A stretch of 64,000 nt of DNA from the NCBI GenBank assembly GCA_028280575.1, contig JANQLN010000050.1, forward strand, positions 14,136 to 78,135, given 5' to 3'. Made by a program: the position numbers and the translations under genes. The stretch is from Clostridia bacterium (GTDB lineage Bacteria > Bacillota > Clostridia > Acetivibrionales > STF1-152). Below the pieces are notes generated by a model that saw only the letters and a list, made by a program, of their open reading frames with translations, was not told the DNA's origin and searched no databases. Shown one piece after another: positions 27,491-37,372 of this stretch; position 1 is the stretch's first letter, and each line of letters begins with the position of its first letter.

Positions 27491-29056
27491 GTGTATGTAA
27501 AAAACATTAAAAATAGAAAAAAAGCACAAAATATGATTTTAGCAATTGATGATGTTTCACTGCCATTTAAAAAAAACACAGTGCTTTGCATAAGCAAGCC
27601 CGTGGTTCGTAGCGAGCCGGTTCTGAAACCAAGCCCGTTAGGAAGTGGTGCACCCGATGATCTGGCAGCGCACTTTTATGGGACTGTGCTGCACGACGAA
27701 GGGAAATTCCGCATGTGGTACTATGCCGTGCACCGCGGCAAGAATCCTGATTTGCCGCCATATATGATGCAGCAAATTGTTAAATCGCCGGCACACTTAA
27801 AGGGAAGAGAACGCAAAAATTTTCAAGGCCCGCTCTGCTATGCGGAAAGTGATGACGGGATTGTATGGAAAAAACCCTCCCTGGAGCAGGTCCTTTTTAA
27901 GGGAAGTCGTGCCAACAATGCTTTGGCTCTGCCTCACACAGTGGTCAGCGGTGCCACAGTCATAAAGGATATGGACGAGCCGGACCCTGCGCGCCGCTAT
28001 AAGATGGTATACCAATTTTATCCTGCATGCTGCGATCCGGTTATAGAAGAGTATGGGACCGTATCTACCGTGGCTCTGGCGGTATCGCCGGACGGCCTGA
28101 AATGGAATGTAATCGGGATTCCTTTTCCCAACCAGTTTGTAGAACATGCTTCCTTCATTAAGCACCATGATTACTATATAATTCACCATCATAATATGGA
28201 GGGCTTATCGGGATATTCGGAAGGAGGAAGTCCTTCCGGGAGGAAAGGCGTCGCCCGCAAGACGGCAGATTTTTTTCACTGGCCTGACCTGGCGGCAGAA
28301 TCTTTTGCTCTTGTTGAACCTGAAGACCGCAGTTTGAGAGGAATTAACGGTTTATATGACCAGGTGCATCTCGGGGTAGGAGCAGCAAGCTTTGGCAATG
28401 TTTGTGTAGGCTTGTACGGATTGTGGCATAATGGGGATTTTCTTAATGGGTTTGACCAGATTTCGGGTGACCTGGGACTGCTTGTATCTAATGACGGGAT
28501 ACATTTCAGGGAACCTGTAAAAGGTTACCGGTTCATTACGCGTGAAAATTCCCCGGTTACTCCCGCTCCCGGGTACAATTTCAACACTATCTTATGCCAG
28601 GCAAACGGTATTCTGAATGTGGGCGATGAAACCCTCATCTATCACGGACGCTGGCGCAATACCGGACACAAGCGTGAAGAGCTGCAAACAAAATATTATG
28701 GGGAAGTAGCCCTTGCAACTATCCCGCGTGACCGTTGGGGTGCAATGATATTGAATCCCGATTCAAAAGAAGGGATGGTATGTTCAGCGCCTGTTGAACT
28801 TCCGCCTGCAGGTTGTGAATTATACCTGAATGCCGACGTTGTTTCCGGTCTTACCGTAAAATTGCTGGATAAAAATTTCCGCTCCATCAACGGTTTCAGT
28901 AATGGACGGGTCAACAGCGGTGACGGACTGGACTGCCGGGTAGAATGGTCCGGGCATGAACTGTCAGAGCTGGGAGGAAAGACAGTACGTGTGCAGATAA
29001 CGCTTGATCGAGTGAATGATACAAGTCCGTGTTTGTATGCCATGTACGTGATTTAA
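27491..29056 (+). CDS. Beta-propeller protein, glycoside-hydrolase/phosphorylase-like (GH43/32/130-type SxDGxxW blades), family unassigned
   Basis: 521 aa. GTG start with GAGGTG. Repeated blade motifs YAESDDGIVWKKP, LAVSPDGLKWNV, LLVSNDGIHFREP, plus KFRMWYYA. No signal peptide. Confidence 0.5.
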   Translation: MYVKNIKNRKKAQNMILAIDDVSLPFKKNTVLCISKPVVRSEPVLKPSPLGSGAPDDLAAHFYGTVLHDEGKFRMWYYAVHRGKNPDLPPYMMQQIVKSPAHLKGRERKNFQGPLCYAESDDGIVWKKPSLEQVLFKGSRANNALALPHTVVSGATVIKDMDEPDPARRYKMVYQFYPACCDPVIEEYGTVSTVALAVSPDGLKWNVIGIPFPNQFVEHASFIKHHDYYIIHHHNMEGLSGYSEGGSPSGRKGVARKTADFFHWPDLAAESFALVEPEDRSLRGINGLYDQVHLGVGAASFGNVCVGLYGLWHNGDFLNGFDQISGDLGLLVSNDGIHFREPVKGYRFITRENSPVTPAPGYNFNTILCQANGILNVGDETLIYHGRWRNTGHKREELQTKYYGEVALATIPRDRWGAMILNPDSKEGMVCSAPVELPPAGCELYLNADVVSGLTVKLLDKNFRSINGFSNGRVNSGDGLDCRVEWSGHELSELGGKTVRVQITLDRVNDTSPCLYAMYVI

Positions 29057-29190
29057 AGTCCTCTTAGGAGGCTCCTGGATCGTTGTAAACTTTAATCAAA
29101 CAATTTTTTTAACTGTATGGAAAATTCAGAAATTTTGTAAAACTGCAGATGATTAATATGCTTTTAATTTATGGTATGGGAGAAGACAAT

Positions 29191-30204
29191 ATGAAAAACA
29201 TACTTATTGATGTAAAAGTAAATCAGGAAAAGATGAAAGAACTTCAGGAGATTGAAGGAATAAACATAGAAGTAGTTGAATACAGGGAAAAAAGCAGAAT
29301 TATTCCAAAAGACATACTTAAAGACAAAAACATACTATTTTGTATGTTTCCACCTCGCAATTTTGCCGATCTTGATACCATAGAATTTATCCAGGTAAAC
29401 TCTGCCGGATACGGTCAACTATTAGGACTGGGTCTGGCTGAGAAGGGGATACGTGCCTGTAATGCCCGGGGTGTATCCAACATACCAATTGCGGAGTGGA
29501 GTATGGCTATGATGATAAACCTTGCAAGGGATATGAAAAGTATGATGAGGAACCAGGAGGCAAAAATATGGGACAGATCTGCCAGGTTCCAGAGTGAAAT
29601 CCGGGGTTTAAAATTGGGAATATGGGGATACGGAGCAATAGGGCGTGAAACGGCCAGGCTTGCCAAGGCTTTTGGAATGAAGGTTTATTCTATGGACATG
29701 GAGCTGCCGGGCAGTATCAGGCATGATATATATAGAGTTGAAGGCACAGGTGATCCTGAAGGAAAACTGCAGGATAAAGCATTTGTTACCGGAGAAGAAA
29801 ACAAATTCCTTAAGGATTTGGATTTTCTGGTTATTTCCATGCCGCTTACAAATAATACAAAAGGGTTAATAGGTAAGGAAGAATTAAAAGCACTGCCCAG
29901 TACGGCATATGTACTAAATCCGGCACGAGGACCGATAATACAAGAAGAAGCACTTCTGACAGCATTAAAAGAAGGCTGGATAGCAGGAGCTGCACTGGAC
30001 ACCCATTATTACTATCCTTTGCCTGCCGACCACCCTCTATGGGAGCTTCCCAATGTTGTTATAACTCCTCATATTTCTGGTTCCTCACTTAGCAGCCATT
30101 TTATGGAGAGATCCTGGGACATCTTTGTACAGAATGTAAAAAGGTTATTGTCTTCACAGCCTTTGCTGAATGAGCTAAGTCAAGCTCAGCTGGAAGGAGA
30201 ATAA
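29191..30204 (+). CDS. D-isomer-specific 2-hydroxyacid dehydrogenase family protein
   Basis: Motifs LGIWGYGAIGRETARLAKAFGMKV, NPARGPII, AALDTH, TPHISG. I place the start at ATG 29191 (GGGAGAAG upstream). Confidence 0.8.
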   Translation: MKNILIDVKVNQEKMKELQEIEGINIEVVEYREKSRIIPKDILKDKNILFCMFPPRNFADLDTIEFIQVNSAGYGQLLGLGLAEKGIRACNARGVSNIPIAEWSMAMMINLARDMKSMMRNQEAKIWDRSARFQSEIRGLKLGIWGYGAIGRETARLAKAFGMKVYSMDMELPGSIRHDIYRVEGTGDPEGKLQDKAFVTGEENKFLKDLDFLVISMPLTNNTKGLIGKEELKALPSTAYVLNPARGPIIQEEALLTALKEGWIAGAALDTHYYYPLPADHPLWELPNVVITPHISGSSLSSHFMERSWDIFVQNVKRLLSSQPLLNELSQAQLEGE

Positions 30205-30227
30205 AATTTTAATCAGGAGGGATTCAG

Positions 30228-31439
30228 ATGAAAATCACCGATGTAAAAACAGTTTTACTGACAGGGCCGTGTACAGATGATCCTTTTTTATCGGAGGCAA
30301 GAAAAAGGCGCAGCGCAGCCTTTATTGAAATACACACCGACACTGAGTTAATAGGTATAGGAGAAACCTATGCAGGATATTTCTGCCCCGAAATGGTGCC
30401 GGAGATAGTTGAGTTTTTTAAACCTATACTGGTTGGAATGAATGTAGACAACATACATAAATTGTGGAACAGGATGTACCAGTGCGGAAATTTCTGGTGC
30501 AGGGTAGGGCTTGGACTTATTGTACTAAACGGTATAGAAGCCGCACTATGGGATTTGAAGGGGAAAATATGCAATCTGCCCGTCTATGAGCTTTTAGGCG
30601 GAAAAAAGCATGACAGCCTTTTTTGCTATGCCACCGGAGGACCCAGTAATTACCCTAAGGAAAAGCTGGCAGCAAAGATTGAATTTTATTTATCTCTTGG
30701 CTTTAAAGCCTTTAAGCTGGGTGCAGGGTGCCATTCGGACAAAGGAAAGTATATACCTTGCGTTCCCAATGAGGCAGCAGAATTTGAGGCAGAAAAGCTT
30801 GAGTTTGTGAGAAACACATTCGGCCCGGAGGTCATAGTGGCATTAGACGGCCATATGGGCAACAGGTATGAAAATACATGGGATTTGCCGACGGCAAAGG
30901 CGGTTATGAAAGCCCTGGAACCCTTTGATATATTCTTTTTTGAAGAACCCCTGCACTATACGGACCCCTGGGGCTATGGGGAACTTTGCAAAAGCACGTT
31001 CATACCCATAGCAGGAGGGGAGTGCCTTACAGGGACATATGAGTGGCGTGTATTTGCAGAAAAGGACAGCTTTGATATAGGCCAGCCGGATGCCTCCTTT
31101 ACAGGAGGACTTTTGGAATTTATTAAGGTGGCTGCCTTGCTGGAAAGCAAGGGTAAAAAGATTGCCACACACGCCTGGGGTGCGGCTGCTTCCCTGATGC
31201 AGAACATCCACTGCGGTTTTGCATGTGCAAACACACTGGTGCTTGAGATTCCGCCTGCTTATGGTCCGCTTCACAGTGAGATAATGGGGGATTCTTTTAT
31301 AATGAAGGACGGGAGGATATTTCCGCCTCAAAAACCAGGGCTTGGCATAGAGCTAACCGAACGGGTAAAGGAGAAGTATCCTTTTGTCAGAGGAAGCGGA
31401 GAATTCAACAGCGTACCGGGAAAGATACTGACGGACTGA
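30228..31439 (+). CDS. Enolase-superfamily (mandelate racemase/muconate lactonizing) sugar-acid dehydratase
   Basis: 403 aa. Motifs MKITDVKT, GIGETY, AALWDLKGK, FKAFKLG, LDGHMG, FFEEP, IAGGE, QPD, HAWG. Confidence 0.85.
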   Translation: MKITDVKTVLLTGPCTDDPFLSEARKRRSAAFIEIHTDTELIGIGETYAGYFCPEMVPEIVEFFKPILVGMNVDNIHKLWNRMYQCGNFWCRVGLGLIVLNGIEAALWDLKGKICNLPVYELLGGKKHDSLFCYATGGPSNYPKEKLAAKIEFYLSLGFKAFKLGAGCHSDKGKYIPCVPNEAAEFEAEKLEFVRNTFGPEVIVALDGHMGNRYENTWDLPTAKAVMKALEPFDIFFFEEPLHYTDPWGYGELCKSTFIPIAGGECLTGTYEWRVFAEKDSFDIGQPDASFTGGLLEFIKVAALLESKGKKIATHAWGAAASLMQNIHCGFACANTLVLEIPPAYGPLHSEIMGDSFIMKDGRIFPPQKPGLGIELTERVKEKYPFVRGSGEFNSVPGKILTD

Positions 31440-31556
31440 GATGCCTATTAAGCATGCAACAACTTTTTTCAGGCTTTGATGCAGATAACGCTGCATTTAG
31501 TATGTTCACTGCATAAAACCGATGCGTGAGCAAATCTGCCGGACAAAATATACCAC

Positions 31557-31585
31557 TTGTATTGAATTTGTTTATATGCTAGAAT
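31557..31585 (+). promoter_or_regulatory. Candidate promoter of the two-component system genes
   Basis: TTGTAT, a 17-nt spacer, then an extended -10 TGcTAGAAT. Confidence 0.35.
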
Positions 31586-31667
31586 AAAACCATGCAAAAT
31601 AGGTCTTGGAATTTACAGATTATACAAACAAAATACAATATTTTCAATTAAAAGGGAAAAAAGAGGT

Positions 31668-33170
31668 ATGATTCCAATTAAAGTACTATTTATTGATGAT
31701 GAAGTAATAATAAAGAGAATAATCATGGAGAAGGTTAATTGGGATAAATACAATATGGAGATTACTAAAATTGCGAATAATGCATGTGAAGCACTTGAAT
31801 ATCTGGATAAATTTCATGTTGATTTGATTATTACCGATATTAAAATGCCATTGATAGACGGAAATGAATTTATTAAAAAGGCCTTATCTTTGAAGAAGAA
31901 TTTTAAATTCTTAGTGCTTAGTGCGTATACTGATTTTGACATTGTCAGAAAATCATTTAAGCTGGGCGTATATGACTATATGCAAAAGTCTGATATAAAT
32001 ACACCGGTAATGGATAATATATTGGTTAAATTAAGAAATGAGATAACAAATGAGAATACTAAAAATGCAGATGGCATGGATGAAGCTTTAAGCGAGGGAT
32101 TTACAGATGGCTTTGCGGACACCTCGCAAATATCGGTTTCTAAAAGATATACTGTTCTGCTTATTAAATATTTAGACTTCCACAGTAAAACCGGCAAGCA
32201 GGTAATAAAACTGGTTAAAGAGGCGAATGAAGTTCAAAAACTGTTTTTTACAGATATTTTTAAGGATAGGTTCACTGTTATAATAGAGCACATATCAAAA
32301 TCATATAAAAATATCAATCATGAAAGAGAACGCATAACTGAAATAATAAAGAAATCAATTAACCGGGAAAAATTAATTAGTTATTATATAGGAGTAAGCA
32401 CGACAGGGTTTGGTTCTGAAATTGACACCTTGAAATTTGAAGCGGAAGAGGTTATCGAAAGTCAGTATTACCATATTCAAAGTAAAAAGGTATTCTATTA
32501 TGAACCCAAAGCAAACAAGCAGGAACTCTTAGAGGACGATTGGAAGCTGAGGCTTAAAAGAGAAGTTGAAATGCTCAATATAGATAAGGCATCCGATATA
32601 CTCAAAGAACTGATGACACGTATTCATGTTATAAAACCGGATAAAACAAGATGCCAGGATTTTATTTATAATATATACGTATTTTATGTAAATTATTTAT
32701 ATAATAACAATATTATTGCAAAAGTAATAGAATTGGATTATAACAGGATTCATAATATTATTAAACAATTCGATAAGTTCGACAAGCTGGAAGAATGGAT
32801 AACAAATAATCTTGAGATTATACATGAAGGCTATATGCTTAAGTACAGAAGCAATTTGGCAGAGATTTTGAAGGTTTATATTAAATTTAATTTAAATGAA
32901 GACCTATCGGTTAATAAAATTGCGGAAAAGTATAATGTCAATAGTTCTTATATAAGCTATTTGTTCAAAAAGCAAGAAGGGACATCTTTAAAAAAATATA
33001 TTAATGAAGTCAAAATTAATAAAGCAAAGCATTATCTTGTTAATACGAATATAAAGGTTAAGGAAATCTGCAATTTACTTGGATACAATAATCCGGAACA
33101 CTTTTCTCGTGTATTTAAAGAGAGATTCGGGGAATCACCCAATTTTTACCGGGGTAAAAGTACTATCTAA
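31668..33170 (+). CDS. Response regulator with AraC-type HTH output (YesN-like)
   Basis: 500 aa. Receiver domain KVLFIDDE...DLIITDIKMPLIDG. C-terminal AraC HTH (SVNKIAEKYNVNSSYISYLFKK...GYNNPEHFSRVFKERFGESP). Confidence 0.9.
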   Translation: MIPIKVLFIDDEVIIKRIIMEKVNWDKYNMEITKIANNACEALEYLDKFHVDLIITDIKMPLIDGNEFIKKALSLKKNFKFLVLSAYTDFDIVRKSFKLGVYDYMQKSDINTPVMDNILVKLRNEITNENTKNADGMDEALSEGFTDGFADTSQISVSKRYTVLLIKYLDFHSKTGKQVIKLVKEANEVQKLFFTDIFKDRFTVIIEHISKSYKNINHERERITEIIKKSINREKLISYYIGVSTTGFGSEIDTLKFEAEEVIESQYYHIQSKKVFYYEPKANKQELLEDDWKLRLKREVEMLNIDKASDILKELMTRIHVIKPDKTRCQDFIYNIYVFYVNYLYNNNIIAKVIELDYNRIHNIIKQFDKFDKLEEWITNNLEIIHEGYMLKYRSNLAEILKVYIKFNLNEDLSVNKIAEKYNVNSSYISYLFKKQEGTSLKKYINEVKINKAKHYLVNTNIKVKEICNLLGYNNPEHFSRVFKERFGESPNFYRGKSTI

Positions 33171-33217
33171 AGTATTTGCATTCTTATAAATTTTAAAAAG
33201 TTTGGTGGAAAGAAATA

Positions 33218-35017
33218 ATGAAAAGGGAAGGGAAAATATATATTAAAAATTTTTTGAATTCAATAACAATACCTTTTGTTATTCTTACCCTATTGATACT
33301 GGTATCGGTAGTATATATCAGTTATCAAAATAGTGATAATTTTATTGAACAGCAGCTTACAGAAGAATATATAAATATAATTGACGGAAAAAGGGATATG
33401 TTTACCAATATGGCAAATAGGATTATATCCCTTATTAATAATGCTTTGGATAATGAATCTACTCTTGATCTGATAAGCGGAAAATTGACAGGATATGACA
33501 GGCAAAAAAGTATGGAGGATGTCAGGAATTTATTATTATATGACAAAGGATTTGTAGATGAATATGATTTCTTTTATTATGGACTGAATGGCATATATTT
33601 TTATAAGCCGGATATTATTTTTAAAGATATATCTTCATTTAAAGAGACAAAATGGTTTAAAGAGGCCTCAGGCAGTGAAACACCATTAAACTGGTTTGGT
33701 TTAAGCAAAAGTGAAATTGTTGACGGCGGTTATGAATTTATTGTATCTCTTAAAGTGGATATATATGATAATTTCAGAGGAAATTTGCAGGGAATAGCAT
33801 TTTTTTCAATTGATGACAGTGTGCTCGACAGTATTATGAAAAGTGGAAAAGGAAAGGTTTATATTATAAATAACAGGGGTGAAATCATTTATGATATTGA
33901 AAAAAAATTGCAAAATAGTAATGCTTCTGTTCTGGGGTTAGATTATGAGCTGGATATACCGGCTAAATCAAAGTACCGTGTAAAAAAAATAGATAAAAGG
34001 TATACGCAGGATAAAAGTAAAAATTTAATTGCAATAATAAGTGCCCAGGATAAATTTGGTTTATCCATAATTCATATAAGAGAGCATTCATCAATTATTG
34101 AAAAATTTAAATCACTGCAATTCATGTTTTATGCTGTTCTTTCTATAGTGATAGCATTTATAGCATATTATATATTTGTGTATGTTTGGATTATTAATAA
34201 ACCAATAAAAAATTTGTACGGAAAAATTCTAAGCTTGAATAATAGTCAAAGTTCAAATATATTAATTAAAAAAGAAAATATCATAACAACAGGGATTAAA
34301 AAAATTGATATAGAGTTTAATAGAATTATTTCTGAAAATAAAAAGAATTTAAAAAGAATCAATGAATATGAAAGAACAAAGCAGTTAATGGAAATAAAAA
34401 AATTACAGGCTGAAATTGACCCCCACTTTTTATACAATGTGCTTGGACATATTAAATTTGTTGCAATGCTCAACGATCCCGTTCAAATTATTAAGATAAT
34501 TGACTCATTGTTTATTATTCTAAAAAGCAAAAAGGCACAGGTGAAACATATTATACCTGTCGGGGAAGAGATTAATGTATTAAAAAAATATATTGATTTA
34601 ATTCAGTTAATATATGGAGACAACATTGAATTTGAGTTTGATATTGATTCAATTGTGTACGGATATGATATGCCGGCATTTATACTCCAGCCAATTGTGG
34701 AAAACTGCATAAATCACGGAATTAATCCAAGTGTCAAGGGAGGAAAAATCAGCATATTGGGAAGGATTGCTAATTCCTGCGTTATTTTTGAAATAGTTGA
34801 TAATGGAATTGGAATACAGGAAAAAGCAATAACAAAAATAGTTCAATACCAGAGGGATTTGAACGGTAAAAATGAACACATGGGTATTATGAATATTGAT
34901 AAGAAGATTAAATTAAGCTGCGGAAAAGACTATGGAATCAGTATATCGTCAGAAGACGGTAAGGGTACAAGGGTTACAGTCACCTTGAGCTTGAACCCTT
35001 CAAGCAATGTCATGTGA
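33218..35017 (+). CDS. Sensor histidine kinase (YesM-like, His_kinase + HATPase_c)
   Basis: 599 aa. Two TM segments flank an extracellular sensor domain. It also has the H-box EIDPHFLYNVL and N/G boxes (ENCINHG, DNGIGI). Confidence 0.9.
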   Translation: MKREGKIYIKNFLNSITIPFVILTLLILVSVVYISYQNSDNFIEQQLTEEYINIIDGKRDMFTNMANRIISLINNALDNESTLDLISGKLTGYDRQKSMEDVRNLLLYDKGFVDEYDFFYYGLNGIYFYKPDIIFKDISSFKETKWFKEASGSETPLNWFGLSKSEIVDGGYEFIVSLKVDIYDNFRGNLQGIAFFSIDDSVLDSIMKSGKGKVYIINNRGEIIYDIEKKLQNSNASVLGLDYELDIPAKSKYRVKKIDKRYTQDKSKNLIAIISAQDKFGLSIIHIREHSSIIEKFKSLQFMFYAVLSIVIAFIAYYIFVYVWIINKPIKNLYGKILSLNNSQSSNILIKKENIITTGIKKIDIEFNRIISENKKNLKRINEYERTKQLMEIKKLQAEIDPHFLYNVLGHIKFVAMLNDPVQIIKIIDSLFIILKSKKAQVKHIIPVGEEINVLKKYIDLIQLIYGDNIEFEFDIDSIVYGYDMPAFILQPIVENCINHGINPSVKGGKISILGRIANSCVIFEIVDNGIGIQEKAITKIVQYQRDLNGKNEHMGIMNIDKKIKLSCGKDYGISISSEDGKGTRVTVTLSLNPSSNVM

Positions 35018-35094
35018 TGGGGCAAAATATTTTTTGAAAGCTGATTCAGATTGTAAATTATGAATGCCCTGCTGAAAAAGATGGAGGAGATAGT

Positions 35095-36468
35095 TTGAAC
35101 ACGTTTGTGTTTTATGATGATTTTATGCTGTGGAAATATGAAGGGATAAGGAGGAGAGTATTCAGGCCGGTACATATACCGGAAGCAACATTTTGGAAAC
35201 CATCCATAACAGGCGGAACAGTTTTGTGGTGCCCGGAAGTTAACAAATACAGGATGTGGTACAGCAAAATTCCGGATATAACAAAAGACTGGGGAAGATT
35301 TTCTGAGTTTGCGGAATCGGAAGACGGACTTGACTGGCATGCTCCTGGTTGCGGTGAAGAAAAGTCGAGGCTTGCCCCGGCAGTTGAAGTTATGAGGGAT
35401 GAGCATGCAAATAACCACCGGGAAAGGTATAAATGCGTGTACATAGATTATAAGGGTGAATATAATTCAAAAGGCTACATTGCTGTAAGCCCCGACGGCA
35501 TACACTGGACCGGGGACAAAAGGTATAAATTCTGTGAGCACGCAAGTGATACAAAAAACAACCTTTTTTATAACCCGGTAACGGATGAGTACCAGGTTAT
35601 TTTAAGAGCGAATCATGGAGACAGGCGTATTTGCTGTGTGCGTTCAAAAGATTTGATTAACTGGACCGGACCTGAATTATTGATGTCCCCTGATCCATTT
35701 GATGAGGCAGTCACAGAGTATTACGGCCTGGTGGTTTTTCCTATGGAAGGGTATTTTCTTGGATATTTATGGGTGTATTATACGGACATGAATGACATTT
35801 CAACCTATAAAATGGCAGGAAAGGTAGATACTTTCCTGGTTTACAGCTATGATGGGCTTCACTGGAACAGGGTGTCAAAAGCCCCTCTTGTGGAAAGGGC
35901 AACTCCTCCTGAATATGGCAGCACTAATATATATATGCATTCCATTGTTCAAACTACGGATAAGGGAGGATGGATTCTTGGTGCAGGGGGAAACAGGATA
36001 GACCATGCCTGCGGCTTTACACCCGTTTATCCGGATTCAAGGATTCCCAAGCTGGCATCCGGTGGGAAAAGGTATGTAAACCTGTTCTACAAAATACGCC
36101 GTGAAGGATTTGTAGGTATGGAATCATTCGGTTATACGGCAAGCATGGTTTTCAAGGCTGTTGATATTGTTGGTGATGATTTGTTTTTCAACATTTGCGC
36201 ACCCTGCGGGTGGGTAAAATTTCAGATTATTGAAAAAATAGGCAAAACAATAAAGGGTTTTACGTTTGAGGATTCAATACCATTTACAGGAGATGAAACC
36301 AGGTACAAACCTGTATGGAAAGAGCATGATTTAAATGAGCTTAAGGGAAGAAGGGTTATGATTGAGCTGAAAATGTATATGGCAATTGTTTTTTCTATGT
36401 CGGGCCACATAAGGCCCCATTTTGGATTAAAGCCTCAGAAATCGCTGGGTGAAGTGGCCGTAATTTAA
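35095..36468 (+). CDS. Beta-propeller protein, paralogous in type to 27491-29056; family unassigned
   Basis: 457 aa. TTG start with GGAGGAG. Motifs RMWYSK, AESEDGLDWHAPG, IAVSPDGIHWTGDK, VRSKDLINWTGPE, LVYSYDGLHWNRVS. No signal peptide. Confidence 0.5.
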   Translation: MNTFVFYDDFMLWKYEGIRRRVFRPVHIPEATFWKPSITGGTVLWCPEVNKYRMWYSKIPDITKDWGRFSEFAESEDGLDWHAPGCGEEKSRLAPAVEVMRDEHANNHRERYKCVYIDYKGEYNSKGYIAVSPDGIHWTGDKRYKFCEHASDTKNNLFYNPVTDEYQVILRANHGDRRICCVRSKDLINWTGPELLMSPDPFDEAVTEYYGLVVFPMEGYFLGYLWVYYTDMNDISTYKMAGKVDTFLVYSYDGLHWNRVSKAPLVERATPPEYGSTNIYMHSIVQTTDKGGWILGAGGNRIDHACGFTPVYPDSRIPKLASGGKRYVNLFYKIRREGFVGMESFGYTASMVFKAVDIVGDDLFFNICAPCGWVKFQIIEKIGKTIKGFTFEDSIPFTGDETRYKPVWKEHDLNELKGRRVMIELKMYMAIVFSMSGHIRPHFGLKPQKSLGEVAVI

Positions 36469-36492
36469 GTGAAACTAAAAGGGGAGATTGGA

Positions 36493-37311
36493 ATGATAGA
36501 AGGTATAAGGATGAAACCGAGCCGGGTTCTTGAAAAACTGCGTTCCGGAGGTGTGGCAAGCTGTGTTAAGCTGAATCTTGCCGATTCAAGGGTTTTTGAG
36601 ATAGCTGCAATGAAAGGCTTTGACTGCCTGTGGACAGATATGGAGCATTGTGCAAGCGACTGGTCTGTTATTGAAAAACAGGTACTGGCGGCAAAAGCAT
36701 ACGGAAGCGATATCATGGTACGTGTCGCAAGAGGCAGCTACAGTGACTATACAAGGCCTTTGGAGCTTGATGCTTCAGGTATAATGGTGCCGCATGTAAT
36801 GGGATTTGAGGATGCAAAAAGAGTTGTTGATATGACCAGGTTTTACCCTTTGGGCAGGCGGCCGCTTGACGGAGGGAATGCCGACGGGGCGTACTGCAAT
36901 ATTGACCTTTTGGAGTATATAAGGGATGCAAACAGTCAAAGGTTTGTCATTGTACAGATCGAAGACCCGGAGCCAATGGATGAAATCGATGATATCGCAT
37001 CACTTGAAGGCATTGATATGCTGTTTTTCGGACCGGGAGATTTCAGCCAGGGAATAGGTGCTCCGGTCCAGTGGGATAATCCGGAGCTCAAAGATGCCCG
37101 GAAAAGAGTTGCAAGGGCAGCTGTCAAAGCGGGAAAGTATGCGGGTACTGTGGGTGGAACGGGCAATCTTGAAGAGCTTTTGGATATGGGCTACCGCTTT
37201 ATAAGCATGGGTGCAGATGTAGTAGGGCTGGCTCAATATTTTTCCGGTATTGTGTCGGAATTTAAAGGAAAAGAGACGACAGGGCACAAAAACAGGCTTT
37301 TATATGAATAG
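36493..37311 (+). CDS. HpcH/HpaI-family aldolase (2-keto-3-deoxy-sugar-acid aldolase type)
   Basis: Motifs FDCLWTDMEHC, VRV, GIMVPHV, VQIEDPE, FGPGDFS. I place the start at ATG 36493 (GGGGAG 6 nt upstream). Confidence 0.8.
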   Translation: MIEGIRMKPSRVLEKLRSGGVASCVKLNLADSRVFEIAAMKGFDCLWTDMEHCASDWSVIEKQVLAAKAYGSDIMVRVARGSYSDYTRPLELDASGIMVPHVMGFEDAKRVVDMTRFYPLGRRPLDGGNADGAYCNIDLLEYIRDANSQRFVIVQIEDPEPMDEIDDIASLEGIDMLFFGPGDFSQGIGAPVQWDNPELKDARKRVARAAVKAGKYAGTVGGTGNLEELLDMGYRFISMGADVVGLAQYFSGIVSEFKGKETTGHKNRLLYE

Positions 37312-37372
37312 AGCAGAAAAATGATACGGCAGCATAAATTTTATAAAGCAGAATTTAAGAGGTGTGTATGTT

